The position numbers were made by a program, and so were the translations under genes. This document shows positions 45,334 through 55,124 of a stretch of 64,000 nucleotides of DNA, piece by piece (the stretch's first letter is position 1; each line of letters starts with the position of its first letter). This DNA is from Bacilli bacterium (GTDB taxonomy: Bacteria; Bacillota_I; Bacilli_A; RFN20; CAG-826). The stretch spans positions 4,932 through 68,931 of the forward strand of contig JAGBLE010000009.1 of the NCBI GenBank assembly GCA_017635565.1. Direction: 5' to 3'. The notes beneath the pieces were generated by a model that worked only from the letters and a program-made list of their open reading frames with translations, was not told the DNA's origin and made no database searches.

Positions 45334-45471
45334 ACCCTTAAAACAATATACTTTCTTAGGCAGAGAAATCTGCTTTTTTAATGAAAAAATATTTGCAATT
45401 CACGCACGCTATAATATATATTATTACACAAATACATATTTACGTGCCTAATGCACGGGAAAGGAAAACAC

Positions 45472-48400
45472 ATGATTAAAGTTACAATGCTTGCAACCCT
45501 ATTAGCAGGAATCGCTATGGGAACAAATATTGCAGTTGATGCTAATCCGTATAGAAAAGCTGAAACAAGAGATGCAAGAATTATCGTTGAAGTTGATCGT
45601 TCGTTGGAAAGTTTAACTAAAGATGGAATTCGCAATGTTCAAAACTCACTCTTGAATAGCATTAAGCAAAATGTTACCTCTAACATCAAATTAATCAGTT
45701 CATACACAGTCTTGAATAATGCATTTGCAATCTCAATTAACAGTGACTATATCGAAGCAGTCAAATCATTGCCCGGTGTTAAAAGTGTGACAGTTGATGA
45801 AGTCCACTTTGTTACACCTTTAGTTGAAAGTGTGTCCGATGATGGTGAAGGTCACAGTGCCTCTGATTACGGTGGAAGTGATAACGCTTCTGCTGAAACA
45901 ATGCATAAACCAGATGACACAAATGATGGTGAAGGAACAGTTGTCGCAATTCTCGATAACGAATTCTATTTCAGAGCTAAAACAGATTCTTCTGAAGCTT
46001 GGAACCATGAAACATTTACTGATTTAGATCCAAGTGTCAAAGTTAGATTTGAATCTCGACCAGACATCACAGACACACATGTTTATAATGTTCACGTTGA
46101 TGATCAAAGCAGTAAACCATATAGATGGAGAACCGCTATTGATAATGCAACTCTCGGAGAAGAAGGTTCACTTTACTTTAATAGAAAAGTCCCATTCTAC
46201 TTCGATTACGGTGGAGAAAGAGAATACTATGGTGGAGGATATAACGAAGACTTCGACGTCAGTAGTGTTATCTCTTATCACGGTAGTCACGTTGCCAGTA
46301 TTACAGCAGGTAACGCTGATAACTACAAAGGCATCGCTCCAAAAGCCCAACTCGTTTGTATGAAAGTCTTCACAAATTTTGAAGCAAGTCGTGTTGATCG
46401 CGCTCTTGGCTTCCAAAATTCCAGTGGAGCGTATGATATCCCTATCTTAAACGCTCTTGAAGACTGCATTATCTTAGGAGTTGATGGAATTAACATGTCA
46501 TTAGGTAGTAACCTCGATGACTTCGATTCCGATTCAATTACCGTTAAAACTCTTACCAGATTAGCAAATGAAGGAATTTTATCCTCAATTTCTGCTGGTA
46601 ACTCTGGTAAATCATCTTATACATTCGCTGGCGGTTATGGTAACTGGACAAGTGAAATGGTGGAAACCGGTATTCTTTCTGGTTACGCTAACTCAAAAAG
46701 TTCTATGACTGTCGCTGCTGGCCAACCAGCAAAAACATTCTATTCTTCAGCTTTCAAATATAACGGAAAGAACATTTCCTACCAAGACCAAGTAGTTAAC
46801 GTTGGAAATTCCACCGATTATGAAGAAGAGGAAGAAAGAAAGATCAGTGATTTAGTTACTGAAGGTTCAAAAACTTTAAATTGGGTTTATATTCCTAATT
46901 TCGGTTCTTCCGCTGATTATACTGATAAAGATGTAAGTGGAAAAATCGCAATCGTTAATCGTGGTAGCATTGATTTTGCTACTAAGGTAACTGTTGCTAA
47001 AGATAAAGGCGCTATTGGTGTTGTCATTATTAATAACGACCCAACCGCTAATGACTTCAACTTTAGATGTAGCTTCGGTGATCTTAAACCAACAATTCCT
47101 GTCGCACTTGTTTTATTCAAAGATAAGAAAACATTTGAAGTTGCTGGTAAAGGTCAATTCGATGTCGTTAAGGATGAAGTCGACGTTAACCCAAAAGCAA
47201 ATACAATGTCAACCTTCTCTTCTGATGGAGCAACCTATGACTTAGATCTTAAGCCAGAAATTACTGCACCAGGAGAAAATATTAGAGGAGCTGTCCCACC
47301 ACAAAAGAAAGAAGACAAGACTCCTGCAAGAAGATATTCAACATATGAATTCTTATCAGGAACGTCCATGTCTGCTCCTAACTATGCTGGTGCTCAATCC
47401 GTAGTCCTTTCAAAGAAAGCAGTTGAACTCAAAAACAATAAAGCAGACTATATCGCTTATCGTAAAACAGTCGATATGAGACTCATGTCAACTGCTATCC
47501 CAATGATTGACTATGAACTCGCTCCTGAAATCAATTCAAAATATGATAGCCCAGTCGTTATTGAAGACGATATGGAAAGAGGTGGATATCAAAGTTCACC
47601 AAGACTTCAAGGTGCTGGTATGGCCAATATCGGTGGAGCTTATACAACCGATGTTTATCTCGAAGGCCTTGATTTACAAGGAAATCCAACCAATAAATCA
47701 AAAATTGCTTTAAGAAACAATTCAGAAATTAATGCTGGCAATGTTTCATTAAAATTCATTGCTCATAACGAAAGCAATGAAAATAGAACATATAAAGCCT
47801 CATATACCGTTATGAGACCTGCTATTAAACAAGCTAATGAAATTGTTAGTAGAAATCACAATTACCGTGGTGAAGTTGATGCGATTTCTTCTTTCTCCGG
47901 AATGTCCTACTGGGTTGAAGAATATGATACCCACGGCCAAAAGAGTCTTGTTGAAAGACACGCAACCGGTGACATTAACGTTGGTGATGTCTTTAAAGTT
48001 AGTCGTGAAATTAAATACAACATTATCGATCCAGATAACCCAAATGAATTAAAAGAACAATCCATCTCAATTGGAAGATATATTTGTACAGAAATCATTG
48101 ATTCAAAGGATGTTATTAATCCTGCTACTGGCAAAACAGAAACTTGGAAATATGCGAAATTTGAAGAATATGGAAGTACTTCATATCAATCAACTCAAGA
48201 TTACTTAATCGATGTCGTCGAAATTTCACAAGATATCGTTGTTGCTCCTGGAGATCATGAAATCACTCTTCAAAGTTATTCTTTAACTAATGAAGAAAGA
48301 GAAAAGATTGCCTCCTTCTATAAATATGGATGTTATCTTGAAGGATTTGTCTCCCTTAAGAGCCAAGATGGTCACGTTGACTTATCAATGCCATGGATGG

Positions 48401-49662
48401 GATTCTACGGTGGTGGAAATGGACAAACTTATGAATCCGCTCCAGTCACTGAACCATTCAACTTTGAAAAAGATGACTCAACCATTTATCCAAGTGAATT
48501 AGTTAATGATATCGCCTATAGCTTAATTGGTAAGGCTAATGTTGATATGGGAAGTACTTGGGTTACAACTTTCGTTGAACCAGGAACCTCATTCAATGAA
48601 AATGATATCCTTTCAAACGATGACAGTTTAACTCACTTAGCAAAGACCAATTCAAACTTCCACTTATTAGGTACTGATAGTGAAGGTAATTATTACGATA
48701 ATCCTTCTGAAAACTTATATGCTGGAAATGCACATACATCTAACACGATGCTCGTTCAACAATTTGTCTTGCGTTCAGTTGATGATAATTATTACACAAT
48801 TACCAATAAAGAAACTGGTGAAGTTGTCTTAACTGATGCATTACAAGATATGTTATTTGGTCAAAGATATGGTCGTTACCCACTTTACAAATCTCACGTT
48901 GATGATTCATATTTAGGCGCTGGATATGTCTCTCACAGAGCCTTCGGTGTCATTCCTCTATATGATTTAAAAACTGGTCGAAGCTTTGAAAGCGGAGATT
49001 ACGAAATTAAATTTAATTACTTACTTGCTGGAACACGCACATGGGTTTCTCAAGCATACACAATCCATTTAGATAGTGATGATCCAACAATCAAAGATAT
49101 TAACGTTGGTACTGATTCAATCAAAATCAATATTGAAGAAAAGAATCTTGTTTCCGTTAAACTCGGCTCTAATTATTACGAATTATCCGAAGAAGAGAAG
49201 AATGGTTCATACATTCAACTCAACATCGAAGATGTCAAAGAAGAATTAGACAACAATATGAACGAAGTTTACGGTACTGGCCGCTTATATATCGAATTAT
49301 TAGATAAAGCGTACGGACGCACAGGCGCGATTATTAGATTTGGCGAAACAAGCGATGGCAAAACCGATTTCACTAAATACACAATCGTTGAACATTATTC
49401 ATTCATCTTAGGAAACGATTTTGAAGATTTAGGAAAATCAATCGAATTTGTTATTTATGACGCAACTAATTTCAGCAACAAAACCATTGATGTTGATAGT
49501 TATGTTAGAGTCAAACGTAGTACTGATGGAGCAACTACTTCCGGTGGCGGATGTGGTGGCAATATCACAACAACCAGCATCTTGTTAGCTTCTCTTGCTG
49601 GAGCACTTGCATTAATCGTTGCATTTGCTAGAAGAAGAAAAATTTTAGGAGGTAAAGAATAA
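45472..49662 (+). CDS. Cell-surface S8 subtilase (cell-envelope proteinase / C5a-peptidase-like) with PA domain and C-terminal TM anchor
   Basis: Signal peptide MIKVTMLATLLAGIAMGTNIAVDA. Catalytic D (TVVAILDNEF), H (YHGSHVASI) and S (SGTSMSAPNYAG). PA insert (GKIAIVNRGSIDFATKVTVAKDKGAIGVVIINN). C-terminus GGGCGGN + TM + RRRK. Start ATG 45472 preferred (GGAAAGGA upstream). Confidence 0.88.
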   Translation: MIKVTMLATLLAGIAMGTNIAVDANPYRKAETRDARIIVEVDRSLESLTKDGIRNVQNSLLNSIKQNVTSNIKLISSYTVLNNAFAISINSDYIEAVKSLPGVKSVTVDEVHFVTPLVESVSDDGEGHSASDYGGSDNASAETMHKPDDTNDGEGTVVAILDNEFYFRAKTDSSEAWNHETFTDLDPSVKVRFESRPDITDTHVYNVHVDDQSSKPYRWRTAIDNATLGEEGSLYFNRKVPFYFDYGGEREYYGGGYNEDFDVSSVISYHGSHVASITAGNADNYKGIAPKAQLVCMKVFTNFEASRVDRALGFQNSSGAYDIPILNALEDCIILGVDGINMSLGSNLDDFDSDSITVKTLTRLANEGILSSISAGNSGKSSYTFAGGYGNWTSEMVETGILSGYANSKSSMTVAAGQPAKTFYSSAFKYNGKNISYQDQVVNVGNSTDYEEEEERKISDLVTEGSKTLNWVYIPNFGSSADYTDKDVSGKIAIVNRGSIDFATKVTVAKDKGAIGVVIINNDPTANDFNFRCSFGDLKPTIPVALVLFKDKKTFEVAGKGQFDVVKDEVDVNPKANTMSTFSSDGATYDLDLKPEITAPGENIRGAVPPQKKEDKTPARRYSTYEFLSGTSMSAPNYAGAQSVVLSKKAVELKNNKADYIAYRKTVDMRLMSTAIPMIDYELAPEINSKYDSPVVIEDDMERGGYQSSPRLQGAGMANIGGAYTTDVYLEGLDLQGNPTNKSKIALRNNSEINAGNVSLKFIAHNESNENRTYKASYTVMRPAIKQANEIVSRNHNYRGEVDAISSFSGMSYWVEEYDTHGQKSLVERHATGDINVGDVFKVSREIKYNIIDPDNPNELKEQSISIGRYICTEIIDSKDVINPATGKTETWKYAKFEEYGSTSYQSTQDYLIDVVEISQDIVVAPGDHEITLQSYSLTNEEREKIASFYKYGCYLEGFVSLKSQDGHVDLSMPWMGFYGGGNGQTYESAPVTEPFNFEKDDSTIYPSELVNDIAYSLIGKANVDMGSTWVTTFVEPGTSFNENDILSNDDSLTHLAKTNSNFHLLGTDSEGNYYDNPSENLYAGNAHTSNTMLVQQFVLRSVDDNYYTITNKETGEVVLTDALQDMLFGQRYGRYPLYKSHVDDSYLGAGYVSHRAFGVIPLYDLKTGRSFESGDYEIKFNYLLAGTRTWVSQAYTIHLDSDDPTIKDINVGTDSIKINIEEKNLVSVKLGSNYYELSEEEKNGSYIQLNIEDVKEELDNNMNEVYGTGRLYIELLDKAYGRTGAIIRFGETSDGKTDFTKYTIVEHYSFILGNDFEDLGKSIEFVIYDATNFSNKTIDVDSYVRVKRSTDGATTSGGGCGGNITTTSILLASLAGALALIVAFARRRKILGGKE

Positions 49663-52600
49663 TGAAAAAAGTTAGTTATGTATTCTTATCATCTTTAGCG
49701 ATGGCAGCCGCCTTTAGCATCTCTGCTTGTGGTGGAAATGGTGGAAGCACTCCTGTTACACCAACTGATGACTTTAATTTCAGCTTACTTTTTGAAAGTG
49801 GAAGAAGCGGAAAGCTTTACAAAAACGAAGCGGAAACTCTTTCCGTTTACGAAGTTAATTCTGGTTCAGCTCAAAGAGAATATACTTTCACTTTGACTGG
49901 CAATAACGCTTCTAATTATGTTGAAGTCACTAAAAACGCTGATGGAAAGAGCTTCACAGTTACACCTAAAGAAGTCACTCCTGTTGATCCTGAAACAAAA
50001 GTGGCGGCTAAAGTTGGTATTCGTATTACTGAAAAAGCTTCAAATAGAAGAAAAACTGAATTCTTCACCATTGGTGAAAGATACTCAACCGCTAATACTG
50101 GATATAACTTCTCAAGTGATACAGAAGCCAAAGCAAATATCCTTGGCGAACTTGAAAAATACGCTATGTCAAATTATTTAACCGGTATTACCTTATTTGA
50201 AAATGGCGGATTTGTCCGTTATTCAAGCCGTGTTAAATTACCAACCGAATCCTACGTCACTGGTTATGGATTTGGTTTATTAACCGAAGGTTCTCTTGAT
50301 AATAGTGATTGGACACCAGATGTCAGTGGTTACGTAGATTATTTAAGAACTGCAACAAGTAGTGATCCAGGCAATATTAATGGTTGGGAAGCAACCGGAA
50401 GCCAAATCAGTGATTTATTTGGTTACATTACTTCTTCTTTCTGGGGAACAAAACTTAACGCTGCAAGAGATGGATATGAATGGTATCCAGTCTTAGCTAA
50501 AGAAAATGATCCAGAACCACTCGATGGCGAAGAAGGCGTTACAATCCACAAAAAATGGAGAGTTTACGTTAAAACTGGAAATATTGCTTACCGTACTGTT
50601 ACTGGTGGTGAATTTGATAACCGTGCAGTTACTCTTGACGATTACTTATTCACTTTCCAATTATTATTAACTCAAAAAGCTGGTCTTACTCGTGGTGCTG
50701 AATTAGCCACTGATACTTCCTATGGATTTAAAGGTGCTTATTCTTATTTCAGAAACACTAAAGATGCCACTTCAGAACAAGCCGAAGCAGCTTGGACTGA
50801 TATGGTTAATAAGAACCAACTCGGTATTGTTGGTGGACATGATGATAAAGGCGATTACATCGACTTTGAATTCGTTAACCCAATCGACCAATTCACTGCT
50901 AAATATACATTATCTAGTAACTTATATAGCCCACTTCCAAAAGATTTCTTAAAGAAAATCGGTGGTGGTAACTGGATTAGTGGTGGTGAAGTATTTGGTA
51001 CCAAAAACGGAACCACAGTCATGGACAACGTTCTTTGCTTAGGGCCTTTCTATTTAAGAGAATGGAACACTGATAAAGAAATTGTCTTTACAAGAAATGA
51101 CAATTGGTTTGAATATGTTGATTCGAGAGATACTGATCGTCCAAGATATAACATTCCTGGCGTTCATATGTTAGTTGTTACCGCAGCGACACAACAAGAT
51201 GATGCAATTTTCAACCAATTCAATAGAGGCTTACTTGATAGCACTGGAATTCCTGTTTCCAGAATGAAAGATAAACTCCCAACTGACCTTCCAACAAAAG
51301 GTGATTCAACATTTAAACTAAATGTTAACTCTTGTACACAAGAAAGATGGGATGAATTATTCTGGTCCAATAAATATCCAGATATCAAAAAGCCAACTTC
51401 AAGATATATGGTTAAACCTTGGATGAGTAACAAAAACTTCTTAAATGGATTATTCTGGTCCATCAATAGAAACGAATTCGCTACAAACCGTGGTGTTAAC
51501 CCATCTTATAACTATTTTGCAGATGCTTATTTAAGTGATCCAATCGAAGGTATTTCATATAACTCCACCGATGCTCATAAAGCAGCAGAAGATGGATTTG
51601 ATGAATCCTTAAGAACAAGCAATTATGGATATAGTAAATCTAAAGCAACTTCTTACTTTAACCTCGCAGTTAATGAACTCGTTAAAGCTGGACAACTTAC
51701 TTTAGGTACAAAATCCAATAAAGCAAAGATCACCATTGATATTCAATGGATGTATCAAAATGATGAAACCACTTATGGTCAAGATATCGCTAACTACTTC
51801 AAAGATGCATTTAACACTGATGAAGTTGGTGATGGAAGAGTTGAACTCGTCGTTAACCATAACGCTGATCCAAACTGGGAACAAGTTTATAACGATCACT
51901 TAATGGTTGGTAAATTCGACTTAGGTTTTGGTGCTATTAGTGGTAACACATTAAATCCTCTTAACTTTATGGAAGTCTTAAAGAGTGATAACTCTTCAGG
52001 ATTTACTCTTAACTGGGGTGCTGATACTTCAAAAGTTGACCCAGATAACCCAATCGTTTTCGAAGTCACTGAAAATGGAGATAAAGTTAAGAAAGAATGG
52101 TCATTTGACGCGATTTGGGCTGCTGCTGACCATGGTGCAGTTATTAAAGATGGTGAAGTTGTTGATTCTGTTAAATTAGGATATACAACTGCTCCAACTG
52201 CTGGTGGTTCACAAGTCAACAAACTCGTTTCTGGTGGAATTATGGAAGTTCCATTTGAATTTGTCGAAGTCGATGAAGGCGTTACATTCAATATTACTAG
52301 AGTCCAATTATTCTTAGTTGGTTATGGTTATATCGCAATTGATGAAGCTAACATCGAATACTTATATAAAGAAGATGGAGTGACCATCAGAGCTCTTAGA
52401 ATCACTTTTGATAACACTGAAGCTAAATATGAAGATGAAGGCGAAAACTACACCTTATCACAATATGTCAACAAGATGCTCTTTGATGCATTGAAACTTC
52501 AAAAATCAATCGACGCTCTCGATGTGACCGATCCAAAATATGAAGAAAAAGTTGATATCTTACGCAACCCATTCTCATATGACTTATATGATGCTTACTG

Positions 52601-52718
52601 GGGAATTGAAGTCTATTACAACATTACAATTAAAGGCTCAGTTCCAACTGAAAACTCATATTACGTTGAAAAAACTAACACCAAAGATAATAGTTCAAGA
52701 TTTTCTCTTGCTAGATAA
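49662..52718 (+). CDS. oppA: Oligopeptide ABC transporter substrate-binding lipoprotein (family 5), 1018 aa
   Basis: Lipobox SISAC|GG. SBP_bac_5-like stretches (TSSDPGNINGWEATGSQISDLF, FTRNDNWFE). Start overlaps the protease stop (TAATG) with AGGAGG upstream. Confidence 0.7.
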   Translation: MKKVSYVFLSSLAMAAAFSISACGGNGGSTPVTPTDDFNFSLLFESGRSGKLYKNEAETLSVYEVNSGSAQREYTFTLTGNNASNYVEVTKNADGKSFTVTPKEVTPVDPETKVAAKVGIRITEKASNRRKTEFFTIGERYSTANTGYNFSSDTEAKANILGELEKYAMSNYLTGITLFENGGFVRYSSRVKLPTESYVTGYGFGLLTEGSLDNSDWTPDVSGYVDYLRTATSSDPGNINGWEATGSQISDLFGYITSSFWGTKLNAARDGYEWYPVLAKENDPEPLDGEEGVTIHKKWRVYVKTGNIAYRTVTGGEFDNRAVTLDDYLFTFQLLLTQKAGLTRGAELATDTSYGFKGAYSYFRNTKDATSEQAEAAWTDMVNKNQLGIVGGHDDKGDYIDFEFVNPIDQFTAKYTLSSNLYSPLPKDFLKKIGGGNWISGGEVFGTKNGTTVMDNVLCLGPFYLREWNTDKEIVFTRNDNWFEYVDSRDTDRPRYNIPGVHMLVVTAATQQDDAIFNQFNRGLLDSTGIPVSRMKDKLPTDLPTKGDSTFKLNVNSCTQERWDELFWSNKYPDIKKPTSRYMVKPWMSNKNFLNGLFWSINRNEFATNRGVNPSYNYFADAYLSDPIEGISYNSTDAHKAAEDGFDESLRTSNYGYSKSKATSYFNLAVNELVKAGQLTLGTKSNKAKITIDIQWMYQNDETTYGQDIANYFKDAFNTDEVGDGRVELVVNHNADPNWEQVYNDHLMVGKFDLGFGAISGNTLNPLNFMEVLKSDNSSGFTLNWGADTSKVDPDNPIVFEVTENGDKVKKEWSFDAIWAAADHGAVIKDGEVVDSVKLGYTTAPTAGGSQVNKLVSGGIMEVPFEFVEVDEGVTFNITRVQLFLVGYGYIAIDEANIEYLYKEDGVTIRALRITFDNTEAKYEDEGENYTLSQYVNKMLFDALKLQKSIDALDVTDPKYEEKVDILRNPFSYDLYDAYWGIEVYYNITIKGSVPTENSYYVEKTNTKDNSSRFSLAR

Positions 52719-52728
52719 GGAGGATTGA

Positions 52729-53898
52729 ATGATGAAAAAATCAATGTTATCAATTCTCGCATTAACTGGTATTCTTGCTTTAACAGGATGTGGCGGAAGT
52801 TCTTCCGCTGCTCCTAATAAAAGCGAGGCAAGTTTCGTTCCTACTAGATTAAATTTAAATGGACGATCAAAAACCTTATGGACTGGTGAAACTTATCAAT
52901 TAGAGCCACTTGTTACTCCTTTATTAGCGTCTGATGCAACTTTAGTTTACACAAGTAGTGACACTAAAATTGCAACTGTTGATAAAAACGGTTTAATTAC
53001 CGCTAAATCACAAGGTGATACAAAAATTACAGTTACAGCTGAAAAGAATAGCGAAGCAACCATTGATATTGTTATTCATGTCATGGACAGAGTTTCTCCT
53101 GGTAGAGAACTCAATAGTGCTCTTAATTCAATGAAGAATTATCAAAACGCTAATGTTTCTACTCCAACCAAATTACAAACATTAGAATATGAAGATCGTT
53201 CTTTATATGTTGATAACGTTTTAACTCAACAAAATAAGAGTTATGAAGAAATCACAATTTCTAAAGATGACGCTTTCTTCTATGTCGGTGGAAATGACGC
53301 TGAAATAAGAGTGGCTGGTGCTGATCCAGTTCGTTCATCGTTTGGATATTATATCTTTACTGATGTCGATTACCACAGTTACATCTATCACCATAACGAC
53401 TATGCAAAAAATAGATGTTATGTTCCTACTGAATTCTATCTCGGAACAGAAACAACACGCGCTGATGTCGTTTATAGCATCTTAAATACTTTATTCAAAA
53501 GTGGTAGTGATATCGCCGAAAACTGTATCGAAGATGCGATGGGTTCTGACTGGTTTGGATATCCTACTATGAGAAGAGGTGGAGGAATTGGAGAAGACGC
53601 TGTTGCTGTTGAAATGAGACAATCTTTAAACGACGAATTATCTACCCCACTTATGGAACAAAACCTTGATATTCCTGCTTATATCCCTTATAGCGAAAAC
53701 GATTCATTTAGAATCTACTTCTATAAAGGCAATGTTAAGTCATATTATGTGAATTTCACAATTTCATATCAATATAACAATAAGAACTATTTCTTAGATA
53801 TTAAGCGTGAATATACCTTCTTAAGAGATGACGAATTTGAAGTCGTCTTCCCTGAAAGAAGCGAATATCAAGAAGTTGCAGATGTCTTCGAATTATAA
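52729..53898 (+). CDS. Lipoprotein with one Big_2 (bacterial Ig-like) domain and an unknown C-terminal domain
   Basis: Lipobox ALTGC|GGS. Big_2 pattern LWTGETYQLEPLVTP..ASDATLVYTSSDTKIATVDKNGLITAKSQGDTKITV. Confidence 0.75.
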   Translation: MMKKSMLSILALTGILALTGCGGSSSAAPNKSEASFVPTRLNLNGRSKTLWTGETYQLEPLVTPLLASDATLVYTSSDTKIATVDKNGLITAKSQGDTKITVTAEKNSEATIDIVIHVMDRVSPGRELNSALNSMKNYQNANVSTPTKLQTLEYEDRSLYVDNVLTQQNKSYEEITISKDDAFFYVGGNDAEIRVAGADPVRSSFGYYIFTDVDYHSYIYHHNDYAKNRCYVPTEFYLGTETTRADVVYSILNTLFKSGSDIAENCIEDAMGSDWFGYPTMRRGGGIGEDAVAVEMRQSLNDELSTPLMEQNLDIPAYIPYSENDSFRIYFYKGNVKSYYVNFTISYQYNNKNYFLDIKREYTFLRDDEFEVVFPERSEYQEVADVFEL

Positions 53899-53917
53899 TC
53901 AAAAATATTAATAAATT

Positions 53918-53945
53918 AGGGCGTAATTAATTACGTCCTTTTTTA
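53918..53945 (+). terminator. Rho-independent terminator separating the protease-oppA-lipoprotein unit from oppBCDF
   Basis: AGGGCGTAATT/AATTACGTCCT stem followed by TTTTT. Confidence 0.75.
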
Positions 53946-54083
53946 TACTACAAATTTTTAGACAAACTATCTTGGAAATTTAATTAATCAATTATTAATA
54001 ATTGAAAACTTGCTTAATGGGAATTCATGTAATATAATAGACAAACAATTTGCTTTTAATAAGCAAGGAAAGGAATTGAGTAA

Positions 54084-55124
54084 ATGTTAAAGTATTCGAT
54101 TAAAAGAATTATTCTCGCATTGATTACTGCCTTTATTATCTTGTCTTTAACATTTATCTTAGTTAAATCATTAGGTATTGCTGATACTACTTTCGGCGCT
54201 AAAGAGAACGTTAAACACGCCTTTTATCTACAACAATTAGAATTAGGCTATGTTGTTTGTTTTGATCATCCAGTAGAAGGATATGGAGATCTTTTGGCGC
54301 ATTTTAGTATTGATGGAATTGAAGAGTATTATTATTCTCGACCAATTCTCGAACAATATTTTAGCTGGCTAAGAAATGTTATTACTGCATGGGATTGGGG
54401 CAGATCAACCTCTATTGAACTTGGTTCTGCTGCGACTGATATTATTTTCAGCAGATTACCAACATCTATGTATATTAATATCATTTCTGTTGTTATCAGT
54501 GTTCCAATTGGAATTGGACTTGGTATTTTAGCTGGCTTAAAGAAAAACACATGGGTCGACCACCTCATCTCTACCTTGGTCATGATTTTTATTTCCATTC
54601 CTTCCTTCGTTGTTATTTCATTCTTGATGTATTTATTATGTTTTGAAAATCACATCCTTCCATCAATTTGGCCTTCTCCAAGTGACTCTATTCAAACAAA
54701 GGTTTTAGCATTTATTATTCCTGTTGTTTCTTTGTCATTTGGTAGTATTTGTGGCTACACTCGATTTGTTAGAGCAGAACTTTGTGAAGTTATGTCTAGC
54801 GAATATTTGCTTTTAGCGAGAACAAAAGGATTAACAAAGAATCAAGCGATTACTAGACACGCTCTTAAGAATGCGTTCGTTCCTATCTTGCCTAGTATTC
54901 TTGCTGAATTCATTGGTATCTTTGGTGGCTCGATGATTCTTGAAAAATTATATGGTATTCCTGGAATCGGTGATCTTTATATCCGCTCGATCAACGAAAA
55001 GGATTACAACGTTTTAATGGTCGATATGGCGATCTTTACAACTGTTGGATTATTAGCAGGTATCGTTCTTGACTTGTCCTATGGTTTTATTGATCCACGT
55101 ATCAGAATGGGGGAAAAGAAATAA
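54084..55124 (+). CDS. oppB: Oligopeptide ABC transporter permease OppB
   Basis: MLKYSIKRIILALITAFIILSLTF N-terminus. EAA-type loop SEYLLLARTKGLTKNQAITRHALKNAFVPIL. 6 TM. Confidence 0.88.
   Translation: MLKYSIKRIILALITAFIILSLTFILVKSLGIADTTFGAKENVKHAFYLQQLELGYVVCFDHPVEGYGDLLAHFSIDGIEEYYYSRPILEQYFSWLRNVITAWDWGRSTSIELGSAATDIIFSRLPTSMYINIISVVISVPIGIGLGILAGLKKNTWVDHLISTLVMIFISIPSFVVISFLMYLLCFENHILPSIWPSPSDSIQTKVLAFIIPVVSLSFGSICGYTRFVRAELCEVMSSEYLLLARTKGLTKNQAITRHALKNAFVPILPSILAEFIGIFGGSMILEKLYGIPGIGDLYIRSINEKDYNVLMVDMAIFTTVGLLAGIVLDLSYGFIDPRIRMGEKK

Noticed and set aside
51896-52291. 131-aa minus-strand ORF inside oppA. The same applies to 59332..59703 inside oppF, 4972..5295 across adk/map, and the many 60-110 aa overlapping ORFs in ribosomal genes
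   Set aside because: All are embedded in, or antisense to, confidently identified genes. They lack RBSs and recognisable motifs. The 59332 ORF is simply the F/S/L-rich complement of the K/E-rich OppF insert.
53950-54083. CodY box upstream of oppB
   Set aside because: The best candidate around 53996-54010 (TAATAATTGAAAACT) has too many mismatches to AATTTTCWGAAAATT to be called.
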